A DNA stretch of 64,000 bases, taken from NCBI RefSeq assembly GCF_001194135.2, contig NC_068984.1, forward strand, positions 5,612,693 through 5,676,692, given 5' to 3'. The position numbers and the translations under genes are program-made. A model generated the notes under the pieces. That model saw only the letters and a program-made list of their open reading frames with translations, was not told where the DNA came from and made no database searches. Source of the stretch: Octopus bimaculoides. Taxonomy: Eukaryota. Below are positions 1-12,840 of this stretch, piece after piece; position 1 is the stretch's first letter, and each line of letters opens with the position of its first letter.

Positions 1-344
1 TCTTGCAAGTGTCGAACGGAAACCACACGCCCTGCCAAGCAGGTTTGGTCAACTTTTCTGTTTAGTAACCGATGGCCCAACCATGTGAGAGCTTTTCCTC
101 TGTTATATAATTCCAGTAGCGCTATATATAGATGGGTGTATGTGCGTGTTCAACGTATATACGTACACGTATAGTCATGAATAGGATAAGAATGCTGTAG
201 ACAGAGGGTTTAATAAGTGCAGAGAGATCGAGATGAACGAGAGATGTTAATTTATATCTCCGTGTGAAGACGTACTGAAAGTAACAAATACACAGGTTCA
301 AGCGTCTGCATTTTTCTCATATATTTGTTTGTAATATTCTCACG

Positions 345-830
345 AGTTGACGGAATCGTTAGCTTGCCAAAAAAAAAAAAAATGCTCAGCGACATTTCGT
401 CCGTCCTCAAGTTCTGAGTTCAGATTCTGCCGAGGTCGACACTGACTTTTATGCTTTCGGGTCATTAACCCATAAAGCACTGAGATTTGCACTTACACGG
501 CATGGACCGCTGAGCACAATTTATGAAAATGAGACTACCATGCACACATAAAAGAAAACAAAAAAATAGTTAAAATATCTTCTCAGTATATAATGGTGGC
601 AAGTTTTAACATCATCTGAAAAGTCATTAGTTGAGCTATTAGTCCTCTTGGATTGTGGAGAGAGGGCTATCGGAGAGTTTGAGTGACATAAATTAATTGC
701 ATCTATCTGGGCCACGATCGTGGCCCGTCGCGCTTTATGTGTTAAAACAAGTACCAGTTGATAACTGGAGTCGATGTTATCGACTAGTCCCCTCCCCCAA
801 AATTTATGGCCTTGTGCTAAAATTTGAAAC
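345..830 (+). mobile_element. tRNA-derived SINE (family B here), split by a MITE inserted at 469-741
   Basis: Head with ttctgagttcagattctgccgaggtcgac at about 410-440. The 3' half (aagtaccagtt...ggccttgtgctaaaatttgaaa) resumes after 745. The same sequence recurs many times in the window. Confidence 0.75.
469..741. mobile_element. piggyBac-type non-autonomous element (MITE), 273 bp
   Basis: TTAA at 465-468 and 742-745. TIRs CCCATAAAGCAC vs CACATAAAGCGC (reverse complement of right end), 10/12 identical. Second copy at about 44400-44710. Confidence 0.7.
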
Positions 831-1107
831 CGATACTTTCCTTTCATCTGGTGTTAATCCTTACGCCTTCTTCTAAATTTGTCAGAGTCTTTGTTATTTC
901 CTCCTGTCAATATCGGCTTCGCCTTCTTCCGTCAGCCTACATTACAAGCACCCTTATGTATTAGTCATAACACTCATGTCATTGGTGTAATGTTTGATTC
1001 TTCATATGTACCACTTAACTTGCTTTACTAATGTCTTTTAATACCAGATGTAATTTCCAGACAATGTTGATCGGTGCTGTCCTTCCTGTTCTATTAAAAA
1101 GTTAGTA

Positions 1108-1661
1108 GGATCTTTTTTTAAAACGGGGGCACATATTTCATTAACGAAACACTTTGAAACTTGGAACACTGGTAGAATGTGTCATATAAAACACCTTTTT
1201 CTCTTAGTCTTCTTAAAAAAAAAAGAAATCCATAAATTATTCCATGTTAAAGTTGTCGTATTTCTGTAATTTCAACCAATCACTGACGTCCATTCAGCCG
1301 ATATACATTAAGTGCCGACTACATAAACACACGATTCTGAAACAATTAACCCTAACCCTAACTCTAACCCTAGGGTTAGGGTTAGGGTTAAAGCAAATTT
1401 AAAATGAAAAAAGCAAATAAAACGAAGAATCGTTTGTTTATGTAGTCGGCACTTAATGTATATCGGCTGAATGGACGTCAGTGATTGGTTGAAATTATCG
1501 AAATAAGACAATTTTTTACATGAAATAAATTCGAATCCAAAAATATTTTTCTGTTCTATAACACAAAATAGATAAGTATACGAAATTTGAAAGTCTTTCG
1601 GTACCAAAAACACTACGTAAAACATTAATGAAAAATGTGGCCCCCGTTTTAAAAAAGATCC
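1108..1661. mobile_element. Fold-back non-autonomous DNA transposon (Merlin- or MULE-like termini)
   Basis: 8-bp direct repeat agttagta at 1100-1107 and 1662-1669. Outer TIR of about 38 bp starts GGATCTTTTTT. Inner inverted repeat at about 1269-1337 / 1427-1497 is nearly perfect. Confidence 0.8.
1349..1392. repeat. Interstitial telomere-like (CCCTAA)n/(TTAGGG)n palindrome
   Basis: taaccctaaccctaactctaaccctagggttagggttagggtta, centred on CCTAGG. Confidence 0.85.
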
Positions 1662-4660
1662 AGTTAGTATCCCATGGTCACCTGATCATAACCCATTTTC
1701 CTATCTGACACAATTCTCACTGATTCTACAAAATAGTCACATGTACTCTTCTTCCTTCCTTTTTAATAAGACTAAGTTAAATAAAAAAATAAAGAAATTT
1801 ATTTGAATTAACGAACTTTCATCCTTAATATTTGCCGATATTTCTGAGTTCAAATCCAACCGAAATCAAATCACTTTTTGCTCTTCGGCGTTCGATAATA
1901 TCATGTAGAACTCAAGCACTGGTATCGATATCATCGACTATTCCTTCCCTTTAGTTCCCAGCCTTGTGCCTCTTTCTACGAAATCAATTTTGACTGAGAG
2001 ACGCCGACATTACTTTCCTCGGATTCCACTGTTTTATTTCGATTGAAATACAATTTAGATTGAAATATCAAAAACGTTTCATCTCTCGAGATTCAATTAA
2101 CAAATCGGAAAAAAACTATAACCTTATTAACAGGAAGCCATATCGCAGACATTTAGCCATTTAATTAGTGTATAAATTTAAATAACTAATATTTGAAATC
2201 TGCCAGGGGTGTGCAATGGTGAAACATACAGAAGCACGGAACAAAATGTCGAGTAAAGCTTAAGTATGGCCTTTTCAGTTGTTGAATGGTTAGTAATGAT
2301 TTATGAGAACTTCAATTAATTTTATCTGTTACTCTTCTGTACGTTGTTTATGTCATTGAGCAAGTCGGAGAAAGCAACTAATATTTAAAATATGATTTTG
2401 TTTGTACCGTTTACTTGTTTTAGTTACATGCTGGAGCAACTACTTTTAGCGTTTTAGCTGAACAAATCGACCCCAGGATTTATGCACTTTTAAAAAGTTT
2501 AGTAGTTATTCAATTGGTCTCTTTTGCCAAACTGCTGCGTTGCGGGGGCGTAAACAAACCAACTTTTCCCACAATGTATTGGTCGGCCTAGTACTAAAAT
2601 TGAAGATTCTTGCCCACAATAGAATTGAACCCAAAACCACGTGGTTGCAAGGTGAACTTCTTACAGGCACACAACCGTGCCTATGCCTATACATGAACAA
2701 TTACATAATGAGTGTCTCTTATTTTTGGATTATTCCTTTTGGTGGGAATACAGAAAGAAAGAAAGAAAAGGTGTGCATGATTGTGTACAGATCTGTACGC
2801 TGAAAGAGGTCCGTATATGGACAGGAGGAATAGAAAGTGTCAGAAGCGGATATTTATGCGACAGCTGTTCACTGTAACCAGAGACCCACGCTGAGCTGAA
2901 ATGTAGGTTTATTGTAGCATGTTAGACCGATGCATGTTGGCACGGATAGGCAACGAATAAAAGGCCCTGGTAGCTGGTTGATACTTTTTATTTTTTTTAT
3001 TTTAGATCTAGAAGAATAGAATGCAAATTGACCTCATCTGGATTTGAACTCGGAAGAAATACATCCGTATATCTGATTGACGCTAAAGCACTTCCTTCAG
3101 TCTTGCACCGTTGAGAGGTATTAATTAGTATTTCTATTAATATTACTAAATACCAATTAATATTTTCACAGAAATCTCGTGTGTAAATTTTGCCGCGTTC
3201 TACCTAAAAAATGGTTGCGACGCCCTTCATGACTAGAGAAACTCAATCTACGAAGAACATGTTTTATTCGGGGTCGACAGTTCGATTCCAATGTCTGTCA
3301 GGAGGGGAGATCGTTCATGTTAATACTGTTGTTTTCTACTAACACCGTATCAGTTCTAATGGAATCTATTATGCTAATAATGACTTACAATTAAATTGAC
3401 TACGTCTAATATAACGAAGCACTGTAACACGCGTCATTTTGTCGCTTTGGAACCAGTCACAATGGATTCTATTTGTCTGGTCAACTCTTACGACCAAATA
3501 ATTTCATTTTTGGCCAATGCGGAATTGGTAACAACTGAACCAAATGTTATTTACACAGAATTTACCGAATTCGTTTCTACCAGTATAGATATCGAAGCTA
3601 AAAAGGTGTAACTGCTTTCATGGCTTTCAAATGTGTATGTTTATCTTCGAGAGTATTGGGACCCATACGTAAAATATAACGTGAAGAGCATCTTGAAAGA
3701 ATGGTGAAGCGGTTCTCTGTTGTCGCTTCACGCAAAGTAAGTCCTTTCTTTTTATTTCCCCTCCCTGTTATGATGCTGAAGGTCTTTGGCTACGTTTTGG
3801 AAACCACAGATATAACTGTAACGATTTAGATCTTCAAACTGAACGCAGATTTAATATATAGTGGCTTCTGATAATGACTAACACGATTGTGCAATAAATA
3901 TATTATTCTGATTAAATCTAACCCGTGTTATTTGGTCCCAGTTGTTTAATACATTTGAACATTCTGACTAACCTACCTCAGCTATGTTTTAATATTGTTT
4001 TGTTTATTAAATAATTTACTTAAAAAATAAATCAAGAATATATTTTTCTAATACATATGTATAAAATTTTCTAATTTCAGTTTATGAGATTTTAGTGCTG
4101 AATTATTAATTATTCGTAATGTTAATGTAATACTTTGTGTAATATTCATTAGGAATGATCAGTTATTAACCTACAAGGTATTTAATATTCATTGTTTTTT
4201 GAGAAACGGTGTTGTGTTTAGTAACCGAAAGTTAAAAATATTAAAATTTTGGTTCCAATTTTAAAGTGAATAAAATCAAAATGTTCTCATTAGTGAGTCT
4301 AGTCACAAAATGTCTTAGTAAAATCGCTGTATAATACCTTCTGTCTCTCTCACATATACTAGACATAGATATATATATGTAATAAAAAAGTTATTAAGGG
4401 ATTGATAAGGGATTAACAGGGGATTATCAATCTGGATAAAATAATTCTTTAGCTCTCTATCCATATAAATACATCAAATTAACAAAAAGTTTTCCGGTTG
4501 GTATAATCGACCGATTCAGTAAAAGGAACCATGAACACACTTATAATGCATATCAGAAGGCGTTGAATATCTACTATACACAAATATGTTGAGCCCATTA
4601 TGCCCTTCTTCCATGTATATATTTTGATGTATACAAGTGTGTGTGTGTGTATTATATATA

Positions 4661-4830
4661 TAGGGTTGGCGCATAATTATTATTGTGGCTTTTCTTCAAC
4701 AATAACAATATTTAACAAAAACATCTTTAAATGACGGTCTGACCGTCTGCCAAGCAAATGGGAAGCAGTAATTGAGGTAGATGGTGAATATTCTCCGGAA
4801 AAATCATTTAAAGATGTTTTTGTTAATGTT
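4661..4830 (+). mobile_element. Internally deleted mariner derivative
   Basis: A TA-preceded terminus (tagggttggcgcataattatt) is followed by sequence translating RLPSKWEAVIEVDGEY, which resembles the mariner transposase C-terminus (LPERWxKVxxxxGxY). Confidence 0.5.
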
Positions 4831-5101
4831 GTTTTTGTTGAAAAGGCTCCGTCATTGCTTAGTTCTGTTGCGCTTGTTTTAAATTCTGTTCTAGTTATTC
4901 TTTGTGTATTTTCGCTTTTGTAACTGCTGTTGCAGTAAATTATTCGTGTTCTTAATCGTTTACTAATATTGTTTTTGTTCAGTCTATACTATTACTACTT
5001 AGTCTATAAACAAATGTGGATTCTGTATATAGTAGTATTTCCATACATGTACAAACACACACATTAATGCACTCCTCTACCTCCTCTCCAAATCTACACG
5101 C

Positions 5102-5157
<56 letters not shown>

Positions 5158-5329
5158 TGGGGGCGGGGCGGAATAAATCCAGTTTAGATAATACAGAGGT
5201 GATTTTGTATTGCCCACAAGGACTAACACAGATGGGACAACACAAACACATGTGGGGACATATAACACAAAAATTAAAAAACTAAAATCAACACAATTAT
5301 GATGACATGAAAATGGGCTGCTGCTAGCC

Positions 5330-5720
5330 CCACCTCTAGCAGCAACGTTTATTTCCTTTTGAATCCCGAGTCCAACAAAACGTCCAATCCGAATTCTTCT
5401 CTCAGTTCCTCATATCCGACTTTTACCGGTATCCTTTTCAGGTTCGCATCAGTCTTCCAATACTTATAACCTTTTCTTATATTTTCCAATCACTTCCTTC
5501 TGGCTCTGAGACACACCAGCACCCGCATGTGCCAACCCACAACATTAGTGTATCCCTCTACATCCACAAATTTTGCTGTCTTCCATCTTGTTACCTCATT
5601 TATTAGTTCCTCGTCTACATCCTCTGTTAACACACATACATAACTATTTTCACGGGGGGTGGAGATTTGTGTATCTTGTGATGTCTGTAAAAGAATACTC
5701 ATGTTAACAGAATTCACTTA
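5330..5720 (-). pseudogene. Decayed coding relic, possibly a LINE ORF2 C-terminal region
   Basis: One frame reads ...EELINEVTRWKTAKFVDVEGYTNVVGWHMRVLVCLRARRK*LENIRKGYKYWKTDANLKRIPVKVGYEELREEFGLDVLLDSGFKRK*. It continues through a single stop; family not identified. Confidence 0.3.
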
Positions 5721-8700
5721 CTGAATAATGTGCTACGGTTGAAAACTTTGAAATTCCCGTGGGTCTCCGGTTTTAAAGTGAGGGATTTAAATCAAAATCT
5801 TTTCAAATTTCATGTCATGTTGCTAACCCCAGTTTAATAATAGTCTCAAATTTCTGCACAACGCTGGCAATTTAGGGTGGAGGGGTTTCTGTGATTACCC
5901 GCGTCCCACCCGTTTTCAAAAGCTACTAATTTTATTGTCCTCAAAAAAAGGAAAGGCAAAGTTGACCTTGATAGCATTTAAATTCTGAAGCTTAAAAGTT
6001 AGCAGAAATGCTGCAAAGCACTTTGTTCGACGCGCTAGCGATTCAGCCTTCTCGCTTCGTTAGTGATATTATTATTCCTTGAAACAAGAGAAGTATTCAG
6101 TGATAATATTTTATAAAGAAGTTCCGAAAAAAAAACTAGTCTTTGACATTTAATGATTTATTAAAGTATCCAGAAAATGGATGAATCCCCTGCTCCACAT
6201 ATGAGTGTCAAAGAGACACTGAAATTCGGAAGGTCGGCTGCACTGTGCAAATATCTCTTATTTCAAAGAAATTTTAGCCTCTCCGTAATGTATAACTCCC
6301 CAGCAACAGACTCTTTTTCTTTTTTACCCCCTGATAAACCTCATATCATCGTGTAATATCTGTTCAAGAAAACCTATATTTCCATATCATATCTAAATAA
6401 TTTCTTTCTAACTGCTTAATTAGATACTTTTGAACGATTGAAGTTCTCGTGTCTCATCCAAATAGATTCCTTGCAAACGAAAACTAGTGGTCAGGTTACA
6501 GTTTGCTGTCTGTCGGATAGCATTGAACGAAATAATCAGCCAGATAAAAAAAAAACCTATTTTAGAAATACAGGGAAACATTTTATTAATTTGTTTATTG
6601 AAGAGATGTTTTTGCGCTCCTTATCTCTTTATCTTTGTCCACATTCAAACACCCACGGTACACTCATATTTTCTCTCTTTCTCTATCTCACGTCACTTGA
6701 AACAGAAATATATAAAGTCCTTCTTTCCGCCTGGGACACCTCGTTTCTCGTTTACAAATTTCGTTCAAATACAAACCCGAAACGATTCAAAATCAATTCG
6801 AACCTGTTGACAACCGTAAACTACTTGTGACAAAACATAGCTACGAATTTAACTTCCTACTCACACACGCTTCCTATTAGCACACAATTAAAATACAATA
6901 TTTCAATGATTTCGCCAATGATGTTCCCATAAAATAAGGAATCACAGTTTGATATATCGTGAAAGATCTAGAAAGTTCTCATCAACTGTACCACCGACAC
7001 GATCTTACAACAACAAAAAACGGTAAAACCGAAAAATCTCATAAATTAGAATAATCCCTGCTAGCCTAGATTTCATGTCTTAGAGACTCAGTAGGAGCTA
7101 CATTGTCGACTTTAACAAAAGATTCTTAGAATTCGGTGGAAACATTCAATCATCCTCTAGACATATTTCAAACGTGTGCTTTGGAAATGAAAAATATATA
7201 TTCCATGAACAGAACTGCACTCCTGCTACTGTGGTCTTTTAGAAAGTTAGCGAATTCCCCCCGACTTTCTCTATCTCCTAGTAAATTTATAATGATTTAA
7301 TACGCCATGTCATGGCTGGACAATAAACTGTACAGTCAACTCAATTATTATCATACAGGTAGGGTGGAATGGTGTAGGTGAGGTTCACATAAATCTCCAT
7401 AATGTCGACCAACTATATTGTTATTGACACTAGCATTTCCGATATGCTTACATTGTATAATCAGCGAATAGCACAAACCACAAGTAAGAGCTACCAGCGC
7501 CCGCCACCGACCCACCTCATATACTTGTCGTTCATTACTAGCTGCACGAAATATATTCACTATGTTTATTAAATGATTTAGCTGTTCTTGACTTATTTCC
7601 AATATATTTCCGAAAATCGACTTTCTACTCTTTGCTAAGTAAAAACCAATATTTCGTTCGGTTTATTGTCATATCATGTGACATACTAATAATTTCACTA
7701 TATATATAATCTCCATCCACATATACACATATATACAGTTTGCTACCGTGTGCAAATATTCAAGAAACAATTCAATGTTTTGAAATAACTTTTCAAATAT
7801 ACATCTGGTGGCGACGATGGTGTATTTGTGATTCATCTCTTTTGTTTAGTTGTGATGACAGTTTCTTTTTGGTTATAATAATAGTTCGGTGCTGTTTATT
7901 CCTTTATGTCTCTCTTCAAATGTGTAAACAAAAGCTGATTAAGAGCGGGGAAAACCTAAATGGCAAAAATAAATATTAAGCTATGAAAAGGAATTAAGGG
8001 CTTGCCAGACTCATTATACATCTGCCACATACAATGGAATGCGATAAAGAAACGTGAAATATGTTTAAAATACGAATATATCCATTGACTGCCATTGTGT
8101 ACAGGTGTCCAAAGGGGAATTAAATCTGATGCATAAACTAGTTAAAGGTTTTATGAATAACGTTGTAGAAAGGTAATTGAGTAACGACTGAAGCGGTCTC
8201 ACGATTGCTGCAGTGGATTAATTTGGTAATCATTTGTGTGAATCCTATGTGTGGGGTCAGGGTTGAATGGAGAGGGACAATAAAGAAAAGAGATTAAAAA
8301 TCTGACAGGAAATAAAAGCAAAAAGAAAATATCCAATCTTTTTTAAAAAGAACAAAGAATACAGAAAGTTAAAAGTAAATCGGTGTTTGGAACTTTAGAT
8401 TCACTTCAAATGATCTTTAGGCCCTTGTTAATAGAATGTTCTTTCTAACTCAGCAATCTTGTATTCAGGGGAGATTCATCCGTTTCCACTCCGACATTGT
8501 GTCGGAATGGAGACGTTTATATGATTTAGCGTGTGTTTGCACTTTAAAAGTGGAACAATGTGATTGGTGAAGTTTTTGGGAAAAGAAACACTACAGTGAT
8601 AGACAGTTCCTCATTCACACAAACACCAGGGCAAAGAACAGTTAGCTAATAAATTGCAGTGAGGACTATTTAGGGTCATGTGATCTTAGCAAGCGGGAGT

Positions 8701-11700
8701 TATGTTCTACACACTTGTTGGAAATGGAATAAAAGCGAGATTAAAACATTGAATATGTTTTCTCTATGTGGAGCAATCACGTGGTTTTTGATTTGCGATT
8801 GTATCTTTACAAGCACCTTTCTCTTCACAGGCGAACTCAGTCGCCACACCTGCAGGAAATAGCTGTCAAATCATCCCGTATTCACACTACTGCTATTGCG
8901 ACAATACTTTGAGTGGAATGGACGGTATTTTCAGCGCAGCAGTCATAGAGTATCAGGATTACTATTGAACGCAGTGGAGTTGAATATAACTTTGCCATTA
9001 GTAGATGTGAAGATGCAACAATTGAAATTCTGTCTGTATATTCTTGGAAGCGATCTGATGAGTGAATATGTTGCTTAAGAAAGAATGGTAGCTCCACCAT
9101 CACAAATATGTTAGTAGCACTCTTGTCTAAGAAGCATCTGCACTTTGTGTGTTGGGTAAACAGCTGTTCGGGAGTGAATTACATTATCGGCTGCAAAGAG
9201 GAAATCCTGTCGTTTCGTAATAGTTTTGGATACTTGAACATAAACAGTAAATATGTAATTTCGTTACAGTTTTAGTGTGGAACTGATAGTGTTCAGATGT
9301 GAGGCATCAGGTAAACTGGGCGGATGTTTGTTCTAAAATTATACAACTCGTAATCTAAAGAGAAATGAATAAAATATTTGAGAGGAAGAATATATATATA
9401 TATAGAGAGGCGGAATAATAGTTGAGTTAACAATGATGTTTAAATTTATACTCTTGTAATATTGCTTAACTGTATCTTTTCACTGCACATAATCGCGCGC
9501 ACTCAGTTACACACACAGTTTCGCGCGCGAACATGAAATTGTATTGCTTTCATTCATTGGACTGCGACCTAGCTGGGGCACATGTTCAAGCGTTTGAGTT
9601 GATGGTATCGATCCATTTATTTTGGGTACCAAATTCATTGATCCTTATGAGTATTTAACTAAGTTATCAATCAGAAGTTTTTAAACTGGTATGAAGAGGG
9701 GTAGATGCATACCTAGGGCCAGATATATATACTTACATACATACATACATACAGACCCAGATGCAAACCCATTTATACACACATGCACACACACATAACG
9801 GGTTACGCAAAGTTTCCATCTCTCGAGTTGATTGGTCAAATCGGGTCGAGAGACATTATCACAAAGTACTACTCTCTGAGATCTAATCCGGAATCAGTTG
9901 ACTGAGAAATTAATTTAACACAACAGTCTATACAAACCTACAAAATGTCCCCCACCTCCAGCATTTAGATATCTGATTTTCTGATTCACTTACTTTCTAA
10001 TGTTTGGAAATTCCAGAAGTGCCAATATTTCCCTAAAAGTTGGATTCTGTCTGCTTTCAAATAGTTCATCCACTTTTGGCAAGTTTAGCTTTGAATCCTG
10101 CTGGGTACGTACGTATCTTCTGCAGTCATCTATCTCAGCATCTGTCAGTAATACCGTGCTACATGTTCACCAGTAGCAGGAGTCACATGGACACCAACAG
10201 TGAATCTAAAACAGGTGAAACCAAACACAGGTGTATGTTCTTTAAATTTCATAAGTTCGAAGTTTCCCTGTGTAACGCTTTAGAAACCACCGCGTACAAA
10301 TGGGTGTCGGTCGTATATTTATTGATAAACTGGGAAAAATTCAGTCTGTGTCAAGGGGTACTCTTTCTATCACATTGTGACCCCTGTCCAATCGTCCAGT
10401 AAGATCATGGCCTGTTACTAGTTTGTTTGCGAGAATCGGTTCACCCAGTTGCAGGAGATTCTTGCTGCACTGGTCGCAATTGATGCTCTCTCGCTGCAGG
10501 ATTTCTTTTCAAGACTGGTTTCCACTTCCTAACACATCTTCTTCCATTCTCTACATATTGCTTATATCAATGGTGTCACCTACATGAACAATCTGTAGAC
10601 TTCTGTGGATGTCGGACATCCAGCACTTCTTCGTCAGATTCCTGCTGCTTTAGCTTGGAAGCTAATAATTGCTTTCAAAGAGAGAGAAGAAAAAAACCCC
10701 AGAAAAATAGTAAATGCCCTGTGTTTGATGCAGCCTAACGGACGAGAGACCGGGTATTGAAGCCTTAGAAGCCTGACGAGCATAAGACTCCTCGACACAA
10801 TAACTGTTACTAGTAACGAAATGTTGAAAATGAGCCCAAAATATCAGTCTGTTAGCATAAATTTACCGTAAAATTGCTTACACTAAGTCGACAGGTGTGT
10901 GGTACCATCATCTCGTATATCCTTCCTCAGTGCGCATAATCAACATCTCATATGTCTTACGTAATCTAATGGCGGTGTTTTTACTAATCGAAATGAAAAT
11001 TCTAAAAAGATAAAAGGAATGTTGAACTTTGATCCGCTTACCAGTTATGAGTGGAGACGAGAAAACCAGAGTGAGGGTGGGCCAACCTGTGGCCGATGTG
11101 AGGATTAAAAAAAAGTAAATAAAATAGCATAGATAAAAAGTAGACATCTTTTTATAGCAATTCTTTTGACCAAAATACAATTAGAAGTAGAGAAAAACTT
11201 GAAATAAAGTCCTTCTATAATGTAGTTTACAAGTTTACGGTTTCATACTGTATTCCAGAGTGCTGTGATACTGCTTCAGCGGTGTATTTACATGCAGTCA
11301 TACGTTTCGCCCTACAAACCCACTTTAAGATATATTTCAATAAATATATGATGAAACCTATTAAATTTGATTCCCCACCCCGTCACAACACAAACTCGTA
11401 AAACAGGGGTGCGTCCTATGCGGGAGTGCGTATTACTCACCTGTTGATACTGCAACTTCTCTATAAAAGACACGAACAAACAAGGAGGCCAATTTCAGTT
11501 ATTTTAACGTTGCAAAACCAATACTGATTTATTATAGAAAAAAAAAATTTCACTTCATAATCTAGACTTCAAAATCTCCTACATTTTACACCTTTCCACT
11601 CTTTCATTTAGTTTTTTCACCTTAGGCTCAGCTAACATCATGTAATTATGTTTAATTGCTAATCTTACAATTTCCTTTTGAAAGCATCAATTTCTTAAGT

Positions 11701-12627
11701 CTGCCCAAGGTTTTCTCGTAATATATTCATTTTTTTCAGCCATTTCTGATTCAATACACAAACACCTATTCCAGACTATACAAAGCTGTATGTTATCTTC
11801 CCCACCTAATATCAACCGCTTCCATTTTAACATACTTCAATAATTTGTATTTTAATGCATACTTCTCTGTATTGACATTCACACACTTTCTCCTAATATG
11901 ACATTTTCTATTTGATAAGATAATACCAATGTTTGAACATATACTACATTATCTCCACTGACGACATGCAATTTCCATATAGACATATTTATTTGACACG
12001 ACTCTGCGAACGATAACGGTATTTAAAGCTACGTATGGCGTATAATTATATCTTTGTCTAGCTAAGTATGTAGAAATTATCTTTGCAGGTGAATCTTGAA
12101 GCAGTTGCGTCAAATGCTTTTATTTCCATGTCTTTAATACATACATAAACATATGTTCACACTCACATAATTATAATCTTCTGTAACCATTTGTTTAAAA
12201 GAAAGATGACTATATTATATATTTAGCTCTCTATACATATTTGAATGTTATTCGTCAGATATTGAAGTAAATCCAAAGATACAGTTCTATAGAATTCATC
12301 AATCCAACCTGACGTTAATGTCTATGTATATACACAATATTCCGTAATTAGAATAAATTAGTTTTCCAGCACTTATGGTAGAATATAATGCTACAATTAT
12401 CTTCTGGTTCGACTTGGCGAGACACTTCACAATACAATGTTTAAATACATAGGGTTTATTTTAAGATTTCTTGCCTGCATAATTTATGATTTTCCTTACA
12501 TCAATTCTGTTTTCCATTTAGAGAAACAGTCAATACAACTTAACTAGTTATTTTGCCATGAAACTAGTTCTCCAAAGTTTTGTAACAGACTTCTATACAA
12601 GTTTCTGCCTCACCTTATTCAAGCAAT

Positions 12628-12678
<51 letters not shown>

Positions 12679-12840
12679 CCTTACTTCCCACCTGTATTAG
12701 AAAAATGTACACGACCGAATGAACAGATGAAAGAGTGGCACGCAACACATTTGGTAGGAGGCACATATTCAGTAGAAGTTGGAATCGGCTTATTGATGAA
12801 TCAAACTGTTATCTATTAATCTATCTATCTATCTATCTAT

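Noticed and set aside
10774-10800. CTGACGAG...CTCGACAC hammerhead-like motif
   Set aside because: GAAA is replaced by GACA, and there is no helix I or III pairing.
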